Source of the DNA: Eledone cirrhosa
Taxonomy: Eukaryota
Length of the DNA: 64,000 bases
Assembly: GCA_964016885.1 (NCBI GenBank)
Contig: OZ024754.1
Location: forward strand, 22,072,001 to 22,136,000
Direction of reading: 5' to 3'
Part shown: in pieces, positions 1 to 13,455 of the stretch
How the letters are laid out: the number at the start of each line of letters is the position of its first letter
Numbering within the stretch: the first letter of the stretch is position 1
Notes under the pieces: model-generated
Told to the model about the DNA's origin: nothing
The model's database searches: none
Seen by the model: only the letters and a program-made list of their open reading frames with translations
Program-made: the position numbers and the translations under genes

Positions 1-153
1 AGGATTCCATAGGGACAACATCTATTGCATAGGACAGTCTGACTGCACAAATGGACTTGAACTGATTCGAAGTATAGCTCCTCACTCTCCTCGCATCCGT
101 ACACTTCTGAGATGTGTGTACAAAGTGAGATCAGTCTGTGTCTGGCTAGACTC

Positions 154-552
154 CTATGACATTTCAATCTTGGAAGGAAATTGGTCAATGTTTGATGATC
201 TAGTAAATCCCAGGTGGTCGATAACAACTTCTATAAGATTAGTTACATGCTCACACATTGGATCACCTCTCATCAATGGCATTGGGTGTCTGAGATAATC
301 GTGGAGATAACTGATGAAGTCACAAATGAAGTGATGGTCTTCCAGTGTGAACAACTCCCTATATCCATTGATATATGTGATGGCTTCCGATTCATAGGTG
401 CATTTTATGAGGAATTCCATGCATCCGATTTTCAGTGATTCAATGGGCATTTTATCAGAGATGATAAGGTATTTGACCAAGTTTTGCTTTGTAAGTAAAT
501 TGGAGAGAATCACTGCAGTCAAAGTCATTTCTTTGCATGGGTTTTTGTCCAT
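154..552 (-). other. Unassigned 132-aa ORF of ordinary composition
   Basis: Non-repetitive ORF from the track; no family motif recognised. Confidence 0.2.
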
Positions 553-889
553 TCTAAAAGGTTAAAATGATAAAGTATTACTACTATATAACTTACATCT
601 ATTGTTGTAACACAATTGAAATGCACAAGTTTCACCAATTCACTATTATGCACTAATCATCTCAAATGCATTCAAGATTTACTAGCTTTGTCATTAAGCC
701 AGTTGCCTCAACTAGATTGCAATTATACTCAAAAGAACTTTAAAATGTCAATCACTTGTCAGTAATTCACTATGATCATTTAATTATTAGATAGTTGTTG
801 CTTGCATTGCACTGCCTTAAAAAATAGTAGACCAGATAGAAAAATGCGTACAGTAAAAAAAAGTAATATTGTTGGAATATAAACCTTTA

Positions 890-1008
890 AAAATACAGGA
901 CAAGAAACTAAAATAAAACTTTAAAAGAATAGGACAAGAAACTAAGATAAAACTTTAAAAGAATAGGACAAGAAACTAAGATAAAACTTTAAAGAATTGG
1001 ACAAGAAA
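890..1008. repeat. ~35-bp tandem repeat, 3-4 copies
   Basis: aagaataggacaagaaactaagataaaactttaa repeated. Confidence 0.8.
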
Positions 1009-1722
1009 TAAAAAATTTTACAATAATATGAGTGGCAAAATTTTTTTATTCGTTTCCTGTGCTATGCCCCAGTATCTTCTTGATTAGTGCATAGTAATTG
1101 TCATGCTCTCATTGTGCGTTGCCCCTGAGCGGTTGGGGTTGGTTGGCTGAGCAGTTCTGCTCCGTCAGAATGACCATTGCAAGAAGAATTGGCCGATGCA
1201 GCTGCAGGTCTCCTCCAAGAATGCACTTCTGGTCCCGCAACACCAGACGAAGATGGAGAAGACGACCGGGACAAGATGTCGACTCTGACCACCGACTACG
1301 GCACCTCCCTCAACCACTGGTCCTCCCTCCCTCTGTCCCGTCATCCCTCCAGTCCTCCTGCTCCCCTTCCTGTACCAGAAAGCTGTGGCACGCATTCATC
1401 TGGACTGCCGGACTTAAACTCAAGGACAAGATGCAAGGAGAAGATGGACGGGTTGGTCAAGATCAAGGATGAGCGGGACGACAAGACCGTCCGCTGCTAC
1501 TCAAGATCTGTGCTCATGGGCCCATGGGTCCATTCACATTATGCATGACACATGAGGCGTGTCGCCGAATGATGAAATAGGGGTGTGGTTATGGCCCAAT
1601 TGGTGTTCAAACCAGGATCAAATGATCCCCCCGGTCTGACGACGACCTCTGAATGTGGAACCCAGAGCCTATGAATGTGGAACTCGATTTTTTACCAATA
1701 ATATATATATGTATATATATAT

Positions 1723-2304
1723 CTTAGTCTTAGATTCTTCCGCGCCGTTCGGCGCATCGAGCAGGAAGTAATCACCAACGGTCACGATCAGCGGCAACAT
1801 TTTCGAGACCGTGTCCGGTGATGTTGACTGCCATCAGGCCCCTCCGGAATGTTCGTCGCCAGGTGATCCTTGGGCAACCCCGCCTCCGTTTACCGCCAGA
1901 CGGAGTCCAGTTCATCGCTGTTTTCGAATGCCGTTCATTTGGCAAACGCAGAATATGGCCAGCCAGACGGCACCGATGCTCCGTGACCACCCTCTGTAGC
2001 GTCCACGACTCGGCTCTCTGCAGGATCTCCTCGTTTTGCACTCGGTCGTGCCAGGACACACGAAGGAACTTTCGAAGGCACCGCTGGTGGAAAGCGTTCA
2101 GCCGTCTCTCTATTTTTGCCGTACTCTTCCAGGTTTCTGTCAAGCAGCGGCGACGCGGAGCTCGACATCAACTGTCGGATCGGCAAAGGAGCCGCAGTTT
2201 TCCAGCGGCTGTGCCCAGTCTGGTCGTCTTCATGCATTAGCACCAATACCAAGCTCTGTCTGTACAAGAGCATCGTGCTGCCGACAGTGCTTTATGCGAG
2301 CGAG
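1723..2304 (-). mobile_element. RTE-clade LINE 3' fragment with 5' inversion
   Basis: Minus 1772-2137 encodes ETWKST...FHQRCLRKFL...GHILR...RGCPRITW, with a (CTAAGA)n-like tail; plus 2135-2304 encodes the directly preceding RT segment ...RIGKG...LYKSIVLPTVLYASE. Confidence 0.9.
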
Positions 2305-2323
2305 TATATATATATGTATATAT

Positions 2324-3800
2324 ATCATCATCATCATTTTACGTCCGCTTTTCCCTGCTTGCAAGGGTGGGACGGGTCTTATCCAGCACAGCATCTCTCC
2401 ACTTGTCACGGTCCTTCGTCATCTCCACCATGAGCTTCAGCGATCTGAGGTCTGTTCTCACCACCTCCGCCCATGTTTTACGTGGTCTACCTCTACCACG
2501 TCTTCCTTCAACTGGCATTTCCTGGCACTTCTTCACCCATCGGTCATCCTTCATGCGCATCACATGTCCATACCACCTCAGTCTCCTCTCTCGCACACTA
2601 CATTCTATCCATCTCAGACACAGGTTCTCTCTCAACACATTTTTGCTGGGTCGTTCACGCACATTGACATTGCACATCCAACGGAGCATGCTTGCCTCAT
2701 TTCTCTCCAGCCGTCGCATATCCTCTGCAGTTGCTGCCCATCTCTCACTACCATGCAGCATTGCGCTCCTCACACAGGCATCATATAACCGGCCTTTCGT
2801 ACGCAGGGAGAAACCCTTCTTCGTCAGCAGAGGAAGCAGCTCCCTAAACTTCTTCCAACCCGTCCTTATTCTAGATACTATGGCCTCGGAACCCCCCCCC
2901 CCCCCCCACATGCTAATCTGATCTCCTAGGTACCGGAAGCTATCCACCACTTCTATAGCAGCCGCCTGCATTTGAAAAATGTGTTTATCAATGCGACTTC
3001 TACTGTCTAATTTCCCTGTACATCTTCTGCATACGTATTTCTCCCTACCTATTAGTTTGCCTGCTATCCCACTACATCTCTTGTGTACCCAGGATCTGCA
3101 TTGTGTGCATTTTATAGAATTTATGCCAGTTCCTTTTCTGCATATCGAACATGGCCATTTCCCTGACGGAATCAGAGTTTTGTCCTTTTTTCTACTCATC
3201 AACACTTTTGTCTTAGCTAGGTTCACTCTCAGTCCCCTTTCTTCCAACTGCTGTTTCCATAGCCAGAATTTATTCTCTAGCTCCTCTACTGATTCTGCTA
3301 TAAGAACCAGATCGTCAGTATAGAGACGTTCCCATGGACAGCCAGTCTTAAACTCCTCTGTTATGGCTTGGAGGACTATAATGAACAAGAGCGGGCTGAG
3401 GACCGAACCTTGATGTACTCGTACTTGTATCTGGAATTCCTCACTAAACTCCATTCCTACCCAGACTTTACTGATAGTACCACGGTACAAAGTTTGCACT
3501 GTCCTCACAAGCCATTCCTCAACACCTAGTTTCCTTAGGGACCACCAGATGACAGATCGGGGTACCGTCTCAAAGGACTTCTCTAGGTCAACAAAGGCTA
3601 AGTACAGTGGCTTATTCTTCTCTAAGAACCTCTCTTGTATTTGTCTCACCAAGAAGAGGGCATCTGTTGTACTCTTCCCAGGCACAAAACCAAACTGCTA
3701 CTCATCTAGTTTGACCCTTTCTCTAATTAGTTGTGCTAATATCCTTTCTGCCACTTTCATAACCTGATCCATCAGTTTTATACCCCTATAATTGCTCCTT
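2324..3800 (-). mobile_element. 5'-truncated RTE-type LINE: RT, embedded PHD-like Cys cluster, (GAT)n tail
   Basis: NYRGIKL, FVDLEKSF, HQGSVLSPLLF, YTDD, FRYLG motifs; CSIC...CTQC..WVHKRC...CRRC; stop near 3700; tcatcatcat tail at 2324-2337. Confidence 0.92.
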
Positions 3801-3815
3801 ATATATATATATATA

Positions 3816-4063
3816 TTTATTAAAATAACAGATTAAAGTTTAAGCAAAGAATCGCTGCTTTCACCCTTAACGGGATCTTCTGAAACTTTGCCAGGGAACG
3901 TTTCCACGAACCACAGTATCGTCTTCCTGTCTTCCCCCGGTTGCAACGTTTTTTGAAATATCCACTTCTGCGTTTACAGATTGACTTTGTTAGTTTCAGA
4001 AGATCCCGTTAAGGGTGAAAGCAGCGATTCTTTGCTTAAACTTTAATCTGTTATTTTAATAAA
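3816..4063. repeat. Inverted repeat (~70-bp arms) with degenerate hammerhead-like core
   Basis: 3816-3886 is the reverse complement of 3993-4063; the arm contains CAGAAGA-tccc/gggt-GAAA; flanked by (TA)n. Confidence 0.85.
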
Positions 4064-4149
4064 CTTTTGCTCTACGGTTCTTATATATTTGATATATATT
4101 TATCCTTATTGAGCCCTCTTTGGATTTTAGTCTTCAAATTTATTATTAT

Positions 4150-4324
<175 letters not shown>

Positions 4325-4326
4325 AT

Positions 4327-5558
4327 ACAATAACAGAGAAAGCTTTAAGCTAAACTCTGACTGGTAACTATCTCACTCAACAAACATTAGGGTGTACGTT
4401 AGTATAATCCCAATTTTGTGTTTGGGGTGCTAACTATATGTATTTTGTGGGAAGCCAGTTGTATTATTTTATATGAGATATAATTAAAATTAAAATATAT
4501 CTCTCTTTCCAAACAATTGTTTCATTATAAGTTTTCTACAAGTTGGGAGAATGTTTCCAGTTTATGTAGAAGCCTAACATATTTTTCTGTAAGAATATAT
4601 GTAGGTGGGCACTTATAAATCATCAGTGGATGCCCATTAAACTTTGATATAAGAAAAAATTTCTTACCGCAGTTATTTTTCGTGTCTGCTAAGTCGTCCC
4701 TTCACGCATCAAATGACCGCCAAATTTGAAATTCCAGCAGTCTTTAGACTGAGGAAATATCATAGCGTCACGAAGCGGAAAAGGGAGGCAATCGCGAGTC
4801 ACAAGAAAAGTAAAATAATATACACGTGGGTTAATTAGTTTTTTCAAAAACATTATCAATCCTGCGTGTTAAGAACTCAATTAATTTAAAAAAAATAAAT
4901 GTATGCATGTATTAATTACACACGCATATAGATATTTTCTTAGGCTAAAAACAGAGAAGTGATACCTAGATAACAAACAATATCTCATAACAGTAATAAA
5001 TACGGAAAGTTACGTTTAAAATGTATCTGGAAATAAAATTCTCTGGCCAAATCAAGAGTAAAATGTTTAAAACAATAACAGAGAAAGCTTTAAGCTAAAC
5101 TCTGACTGGTAACCATCTCACTCAACAAACATTAGGGTATACGTTAGTATAATCCCAATTTTGTGTTTGGGGTGCTAACTATATGTATTTTGTAGGAAGC
5201 CAGTTGTATTATTTTATATGAGATATAATTAAAATTAAAATATATCTCTCTTTCCAAACAATTGTTTCATTATAAGTTTTCTACAAGTTGGAAGAATGTT
5301 TCCAGTTTATGTAGAAGCCTAACATATTTTTCTGTAAGAATATATGTAGGTGGGCACTTATAAATCATCAGTGGATGCCCATTAAACTTTGATATAAGAA
5401 AAAATTTCTTACCGCAGTTATTTTTCGTGTCTGCTAAGTCGTCCCTTCACGCATCAAATGACCGCCAAATTTGAAATTCCAGCAGTCTTTAGACTGAGGA
5501 AATATCATAGTGTCACGAAGCGGAAAAGGGAGGCAATCGCGAGTCACAAGAAAAGTAA

Positions 5559-5567
<9 letters not shown>
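4327..5567. repeat. Partial tandem repeat, 745-bp period (~1.7 copies), bounded by (TA)n
   Basis: 4327-4822 is almost identical to 5072-5567. Confidence 0.92.
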
Positions 5568-5616
<49 letters not shown>

Positions 5617-5773
5617 GTATATATATATATGTATATATATGGAAAGTTATATTTAAAATTGTTGGGTTACAACTAGTAAATATTTATAACTGATATAAAA
5701 GCACTCGACAAATATTTGGAGTATATTTACAATATTAAATAAATGGAAACTATATTTATAAAACCATATCTAT

Positions 5774-5833
5774 TTCATTATATATATTTCGGGGATATCA
5801 TATTAACAATATGCTATGCCTTCCTCAGACAAA
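5774..5833 (-). ncRNA. Hammerhead motif, family B
   Basis: Minus: tttgt CTGAGGA aggc...cccc GAAA tat ata T A atgaa; 5730-5935 is homologous (inverted) to 44916-45112. Confidence 0.65.
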
Positions 5834-5944
5834 ATACAATATAAACAGTTTTATAGATAAATAGATTCGACATACCGTAACAACACCGACTTGCATTTGA
5901 AGAGGTTGGATTGGCAGTGAAAAAATTTTACACAAAAATTTTAC

Positions 5945-6001
5945 ATATATATGTATATATATGTATATATATATATATGTATATATATGTATATATATAT
6001 G

Positions 6002-6034
<33 letters not shown>

Positions 6035-6045
6035 GTATATATATG

Positions 6046-6096
<51 letters not shown>

Positions 6097-6135
6097 GTAT
6101 ATATATGTATATATATATATGTATATATATATATG

Positions 6136-6166
<31 letters not shown>

Positions 6167-6262
6167 GTATATATATGTATATATATATGTATATATATAT
6201 ATGTATATACATATATATATATATGTATATATATATATATCTATATCTCTATATATATATAA
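5945..6262. repeat. (TA)n/(TATG)n microsatellite
   Basis: Direct observation. Confidence 0.98.
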
Positions 6263-6445
6263 TAAAGTATAGATATCCCTACACCACAAAGCGCTTAGGG
6301 AAACATGTATTGTCCAACCATATGCCAGTGTGGTTCAATGGCAGGTTAATAAATTAACGAGCCAGAACATATATAATCAAGGTTTAGCAAATAAGAAAAA
6401 GTTTCAAAATAAATTTTAATAAATTAACTTTACTCACTATGGTTA

Positions 6446-6529
6446 CCTTTACCGAATCGGTTTCGAGTCTCAAAAATAAACGGACAGTCCTTACGGCATC
6501 CATTGCAAAGATAAACTCTCGTCAGAAGG
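6446..6529 (-). ncRNA. Type-I hammerhead ribozyme motif with canonical core
   Basis: Minus: cctt CTGACGA gagttt...agactc GAAA ccga t tcgg T A aagg; stems I, II and III all pair; GUA cleavage triplet. Confidence 0.85.
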
Positions 6530-6844
6530 ATCTTTTCACTCGGAGAATATAAAATTCCCGAGTTCAAATTACGAACTGGCGCTATTCAAAATTGTTCCCG
6601 AGATGAGAATAAATGATGTGGGAGCAATTCCTTCAAGTGCCATGTGTAAAGATAGAAGCAAAGGCAGGGAGGTGCGTGTAGGGATATATATACTTTATTA
6701 TTATTCTCCTCTTGGTCGAGAAAAAAATTTGGTCGTTCTGACTGCTGCTAGTTATAGTGGTAGTTGACTGACCTCCCTGCCTAAGATGCTTCCATAGGCG
6801 GTATGCCGGTTGAGCACTCTATGCTCTTACAGAGCAGAGTATGA

Positions 6845-7148
6845 TATAATATAAAACGAAAAATCAGTGATGCATCTGAAATCAATTTATTAGTGTGTTA
6901 CAATTGTTTCACTGGCAGACAGCTCGAGACATGATCATTGCATGGATCTTGTCTGACTCTGGACCTGCGGGCTCATTGGACACGTCTAATGCTTTCGGAG
7001 CAAATTAGACGTGTCCGACGAGCCCGCAGGTCCAGAGTCAGACAAGATCCATGCAATGATCGTGTCTCAAGCTGTCTGCCGGCGAAACAATTATAACACA
7101 CAATAAATTGATTTCAGATGCATCACTGATTTTTCGTTTTATATTATA
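6845..7148. repeat. Long hairpin (~145-bp arms), Penelope pLTR-like
   Basis: 6845-6990 vs 7004-7148; right arm has CCGACGAG...CGAAAC...AATAAA. Confidence 0.9.
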
Positions 7149-7150
7149 TG

Positions 7151-7181
<31 letters not shown>

Positions 7182-7189
7182 ATGTAGCA

Positions 7190-7425
7190 GTGGTGGAGGG
7201 TGCTCTGAAAGTACAGTAGCCAGAGTCAGAACAGGATGGAAAAAGTTCAGATAACTTATACCACTATTGACTACTAAAGGTTTCTCTCTAAAAATGAAAG
7301 GCAGATTGTATGATGCCTGTATACGAACAGCAATGTTACATGGCAGTGAGACATGGGCTTTGTGTGCAGAGGATCTGTGCAGACTGGAGAGGAACGAAGC
7401 ATTCATGCTCCGTTGGATGTGCATC
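7190..7425 (+). mobile_element. RTE fragment, same family as 2324-3800
   Basis: KGFSLKMKGRLYDACIRTAMLHGSETW matches the 2339-3685 ORF. Confidence 0.9.
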
Positions 7426-7469
7426 TATATATATGTCAGTGTGAGTATATATATATGTGTGTGTGTGTG

Positions 7470-7722
7470 TAGTTAAATATGTATGGCTGATGAGATCTAA
7501 CAAGATTGAACAGCTGTTGTTTTAATCAGTTTACTATCAGACAAGACCCATTACCTATCATACAAACATTCTATAGCATTTCCTTTTTTTTTTTAAAGAA
7601 AATGCTATATAATGTTTGTATGATAGAGAGTGGGTCTTGCCTGATAGTCAACTGATTAAAGCAACTATGAAACATCTATGTTTCAATCTTGTTAGATCTC
7701 ATCAGCCATACATATTTAACTA
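7470..7722. repeat. Imperfect hairpin with a hammerhead motif in each arm
   Basis: 7470-7595 vs 7600-7722 are reverse complementary. Confidence 0.85.
7666..7710 (-). ncRNA. Minimal type-I hammerhead motif
   Basis: Minus: tatgg CTGATGA gatct aaca agatt GAAA cat ag atg T T tcata. Confidence 0.75.
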
Positions 7723-8589
7723 CATTTCTGTTACTGACATTATTTCGTTATGGTGAGGGGCTGGTAAACTAATTGACCATAGCAGTACATTAACTGGCTA
7801 TATTGGGTACTAGGCTGTTGACTGCCTGATTGATCATAGATGACTATAATGGGTGTATAACAAGGATAGTTAAATCACACAAAGAGTAATCTTTGACAAT
7901 CAATAAATATAGCTTTGGTGAGCAAACAACTCTCAGAATACATATAAAACAATATTAACATTTTTATAAGACTATATTGTCATTTTTTTTTCTAATTTAT
8001 CCTTTTGCTGTGAGAAAAGTATATTTTCATTTTTTTCATTAAAAAAAATTCTTATTTAGTGTGATTCTATTCTGGGTTTTTGTTTTTAATTTTTAACAAA
8101 TTGTTTTACATGTTAAAATAGTTTGATATTTCCTGTACTATTTGCACCATCTTTTAATTTTCTCTTTTCTACACATTATTTCAATTGGCCTACTCCACAG
8201 GCTTCTTCAGGTGTCGTATTCATACATATTATTGCTAATTATCAAAACAGTTGTATCTCCTAAAAAGTACAGGTTTCCAATCACCATCATCATTGTTCAT
8301 TTTCAGGAGCAGAGGTCACAATCTTCTTCTATCTAAAGCTTTCATAATCAGTTGTGGTCCTATAGTTAAGAAATTAGCCCTGTATCCTCATCATCATCAT
8401 TGTTTAACTGTAGCAACAGACAACCTCAATCTTCCTCCACCTATTGCAACCGTCAAATCAGTTTTGATCTTGTGGTTAGGGGATTTACCCTAGCCATCAG
8501 TGGAATTTAAACTTAGAACACACAAAGCTGGGACAGACACTGTAAAACATCTTATCCAATTCTCTAACAATTCTAATCCACCTCCATTG

Positions 8590-8722
8590 ACTGATACTTT
8601 ATTTTCTCAACCTTGAAAAGATGAAAAGCAAGGTTGAACTCAGTGGGATTTGAACTCAGAGCGCAGAGAGCTGGAACAAACACTGCAGAGTGTTTAATCT
8701 AAAGCCTTAATGACTCTACCAA
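8590..8722 (-). mobile_element. Degenerate tRNA-derived SINE
   Basis: aagatgaaaagcaaggttgaactcagtgggatttgaactcag resembles 36400-36583. Confidence 0.65.
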
Positions 8723-9825
8723 GATAACGACCCTAACTCTAAACACTGGGTATGTACGGTAGATGTCTAAGTTACCTTGTATCTTCTAGTAAAAGTACCA
8801 TGGATCTCATGTAAAAGTCTGTTCTACTTCTTTACAGACAACAGATCAACATTTGTGAATTGAGGTTTTATTTTGAACATAAACATTAGAATAAATAAGT
8901 TTATTTTTTCTACACTGTTATGTTATAATATACACAAGTGGAAATATTTATAAGAGCTACGTGGCCTTGTTTATGCGTTTGGTAGTTGGAAGTCTGTTTT
9001 GATGTGGAGAAATGTTAGTATTATTACTGTAAATCATTGTCTTACTTTTATACATTTAGTGTACATTTGGGCTTCTGCTTATGGATACAGTATTTTGGAT
9101 TGTAGTGTGAATTTTATTCAGTTAAAAGTAGTATCCATGTAAAAGTTGACCCAATAAATTTAACTTAAAAAAAAGATTCATAGATGAATATATTTGATGT
9201 GAAGAGCATCTGTGAATAGACTTAACAGAATGTATTGTAGAGAGTAAAGGCATGAAAGATGAGATAAATAGTATGTAAATATCATTATCTCATAGCAGTA
9301 ATACATCTCAGAAATATAGATATAAAATATCATTCAATATATTATGTACTAGCAGTAATACATCTCAGAAAAATAGATATAAAATATTCAGTATATTATG
9401 TACTAGCAGTAATACATCTCAGAATATATATTATGTTTTCTGAATATATAGATGTAAAATATCATTTATATATTATTTAACAATGAAATACTTTGCTGTT
9501 GTTTGTTTGTTTGTTTTCACTTTAAAAATAAAAACAAATCCCTATTGTGGATATTGATATTATCTTCTAATATTTAGCTCATGAATCTGTATGTGTATGA
9601 TACTACCGAGGATATTGATATTTTTACACTTTCATTTTTATATGATTTTTAAATTCCAATAAAGAAAAAAATCAAAATAATTATACTTGTTTTTTTTTTA
9701 ATCTACAAAAACTTTTAAAAAAAACTAAAACATGTTTCCCCAAGATCCACTGTGTCTTGTATGTCACGACTATACTGTAAATCAAGTAAAAATATTACAT
9801 TTTCACACCCCTACAAAAATTCTTG

Positions 9826-10242
9826 TATAAGGTCTTATACTCTGGTACATCTTATACACAAATAAATACAGGCTGTACCTCTTATATCCACTTATAAACT
9901 AGTACATCTTATACACAAGTAAATATAGGTTGTACCTTATACACAAGTAAATACAGGTTGTACCTCTTATACCAACTTATACACTGGTACATCTTAAACA
10001 CAAGTAAATACAAGTTGTACCTCTTATATCCACTTATACACTGGTACATCTGATACACAAATAAATACAGGCTATACCTCTTATATCCACTTATAAACTA
10101 GTACATCTTATACACAAGTAAATATAGGTTGTACCTCTTATATCCACTTATACACTGGTACATCTTATACACAAGTAAATACAGGTTGTACCTCTTATAT
10201 CCACTTATTCACAAGTAAATACAGGTTGTACCTCTTATATCC
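9826..10242. repeat. ~58-bp minisatellite
   Basis: cttatacactggtacatcttatacacaagtaaatacaggttgtacctcttatatcca, about 7 copies. Confidence 0.9.
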
Positions 10243-10920
10243 AGCACTTTATGGTCCAGCATGTACTGAATGTACCTTGTACTACTATTTTTGTACATTC
10301 TACTATTGTTTTTGGTTTTAGACTTTATATCTTATGAAACAATGAAAACCACATTTGTTGTATTATTTCTTGTTTTAAGTTTTATTCTAGGCTTGATAAG
10401 AGATCATCATCATCATCTTCACCATTTTATGTTCCTTTCCTATCCTGGCGTGGGTTAGACAGGTCAGAGGACCACATTTTGCTCATATGTTCCATTTTGA
10501 CATGGTTTTTATGGCAACCATTTCATGGTGTGTACTGGGTGCTTCTTATTGTAACACCAGCACTAGCATGCTACAGAGTGGACCAGGTGTGAAGTTTATT
10601 GTGACAATAGCACTACCACTTTACAGAGTGGACTGAATGTGAATTTTATTGACACCAGCACTAGCATGCTACAGGGTGAACCAGGTGTGCATTTTATTGC
10701 GACACTAGCACCAACATGCTACAGGCTACTAGGGTGCTTGTGTCCTCAGCCAGGCTGGAATGCAATAATGAGAGGGAAACAAACTATATGCTACCTGCCA
10801 AGGGAGGGAATCATTCCACAGTGGAAGTTGGAAAGGGAGAGTAAGTATTGAGCTGTAGAGGTAGCCTTGGAAAGAGTGACAGATGGCTGTACATTATTGG
10901 GTGTGCCCATCTTTCCAGTA

Positions 10921-11049
10921 TATATATAGGAAAAGAGTCAGGACCCCGACGGCTGAGCTCCGGCCATTTCAACAGCTTGATCCGAACGTTCAGATCTAGC
11001 TGTCGAAATGGCCGGAGCTCAGCCGTTGGGGTCCTGACTCTTTTCCTAT
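10921..11049. repeat. Loopless palindrome, pLTR-like family also at 52655-52872
   Basis: Centred on gaacgttc at ~10984-10990; contains cGAAAtggccg; the arm and adjacent sequence recur at 52655-52717 and 52831-52872. Confidence 0.9.
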
Positions 11050-11849
11050 TACCCACTCTACTACCCTAAGTATTGAGTACTCTGGTGCATTATGGTTCAC
11101 CTGGTATCTTACCACACCCTCTGTTATATATATATATATATATATATATGTGCATGTGCGTATGTATGTGTATAGTCTAGCACACTTAAGAAAAATTGCT
11201 ACCATTGTTGTTACATACCACTAGAAATACCTGATAACATTTTTAACATTCTTTCTGTAGTTGTGGTGGTGGTGGTAATTGTAGTGGTGGTGATGGTGGT
11301 GCCTGTGAACTAAGTTTGTGACAGTTTTGAATTGTAGTCATTATTTAACTTATCTTAATCTATGATTGGATGAAAGCATGGCCATTATTTAACTCTTCCA
11401 TTATCATATTTATATCTTTTTGAAAACAATCAAGAATTTGAAGGGATTTAGTAATAACTAACTTTCTCATTTATCTGGTGTTTGGAGCATCAAGAGATCA
11501 AATTTCCGGTACTACAGACACATGGTTAGAATCTTTAAGGAAAGTTTATATGGGCAAAGCCAACAGGCAGGAAACCCAGAGGTAGACCATGAGTAAGATA
11601 GTTGGATAACATCCATAACCTGTGTTGGTCTTATTTGGGGATCCAACAGGATTATTTTGTGATGGTTGCTTCAGGAATGACTAAACAAAGAAGGTTTTTA
11701 AATAAATATAAGCATGCTAAAATAAACAACTTTGTAGTATAGAATCAGGGGCTGGTTTCAGGTGGTTTACCATGCCATTCCATACCAATACTATACTTAG
11801 TATACTATTGAGCAGCAGGGGTACAAGTACCAAAACATATAGATATGTC

Positions 11850-12060
11850 AAAACTGGAAAATGTAAAAATGCGAGATGCTCTTCAAAATGTACTTGACAA
11901 CGTTGTCTTTACTGGAACTTGGGAACAGTTTAAAACAGGTTTACAGTGATGTATTTGATCTTAAAAAGATAAAATACAGAGACTGGTTTGATGATAATGA
12001 TTCTGCAATCACCATGCTCATTGAAGAAAAAAGTACCTTGTTGCAGAGAGTCCAGTGAAG
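11850..12060 (+). mobile_element. Decayed RTE ORF fragment
   Basis: DWFDDNDSAITMLIEEK, typical of the RTE EN-RT linker. Confidence 0.55.
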
Positions 12061-13168
12061 ACCACTTTTGAGAAAGCCATACATATACACATTCATGCAT
12101 ACATACACACACACACACATACATACACACACACATACATACACACATACATACTTATGTGTGTATTTTTATTACGATGTTTAACTTTTAATTATTAATA
12201 ATAATTGCAAGTACTTTATTGTCTGTATGCCCCCCCCCCCCCCAGTATTTGTACACTTTGATTTCTGATTCAACAAAGGACAACACGAACAGTTAGCCAG
12301 GTAGGAACAAGATGGAACATCTGTTACTATTAAACTGTTATTGACTACACACTATACATGATAATGAAACCACGCAGCTCTGTGTTTGCGTGGCAAAACA
12401 ATCAATAACAAATGACACCATATAAAAATCTTTTATAATAAAACTTTTACATGTTTCAACTTTCCACGTGGTTAATTCCAATTCACAGCATTTATTCATT
12501 TTCTACCCTCTTCTTCTTCCTCCCTTCAAAACGGTTTCTATGACATTATTTTGTGGATAACTTACCTTTGGCTGAGTGAAGAACTTTTCTATCCTCCCTT
12601 CAGAACAACTCTGGGGTGTAAAGAACAGCTCCTATGACATTATTTTGTGGATAACTTACCTTTGTATAAATAAAGGCCTTGGCTATCTCATAACTGGACA
12701 GGATTGATAAAATAAATATAATCTACAGTTATATACAGGGAAAAAATACAAATAAGAAAGACAAATAGAGAGATAGAAAAAGTGAGAGAAGAGACATGGA
12801 AAATGTTAACTACAAATACTGAAAAAGAAAAAAAAATTGATTGAAAAATAAGGAGAGAAAAAATTCCAACTGGTTTAACATTCATCTTGGAAGTAATTTT
12901 TTGTTATTCCAATTCTAGCCAATTTCTTAAGTGAAAATGGTATGTCTTTAGACATTTTCTCTATTTTGCATCTAATGTTAACTGTTTTGATGAATGATAA
13001 GTGTTAAAAAGATAATTGCCTATGTGTGAGTGTAAGCATACATACATTTATATATATATATATATATACAACAGATGTCAACATGAATGGACCTGTTATT
13101 TTTAACTAAAGACATTTTTTCCAATTCAAACCTGCTTGTCCCCTCAATCTATCTTTTTTCTCATTCTT

Positions 13169-13204
13169 TCTTCTGATGAAGGACTAGCATTCGAAACGTT
13201 AAGA
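13169..13204 (+). ncRNA. Minimal hammerhead motif ~250 bp upstream of the TMED ORF
   Basis: tctt CTGATGA a gga ctagca ttc GAAA cg T T aaga. Confidence 0.7.
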
Positions 13205-13455
13205 CCCTCTTCCTGTTATATCAAGCCTTAACCTAATATATCCCTTCCATATTCTGTGCCGATTGTGTTGTTATTTCTGTTTACCTTTTACATATATATA
13301 TATTATATATAGTCACCATCATCATACACACACATATATTCATATATACATTTCTTCCTATGAATTCCACTATTCTAAATGGCTTAACTACTAAAATTAT
13401 TTAAGAAAGAATAGAAAAAAATAACAAAAATATCAAAATAAAAGTAAGCCAACAA

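Noticed and set aside
2036-3323. Plus-strand ORFs over LINEs (also over the CRE and Gypsy elements)
   Set aside because: Antisense shadows of TE coding frames
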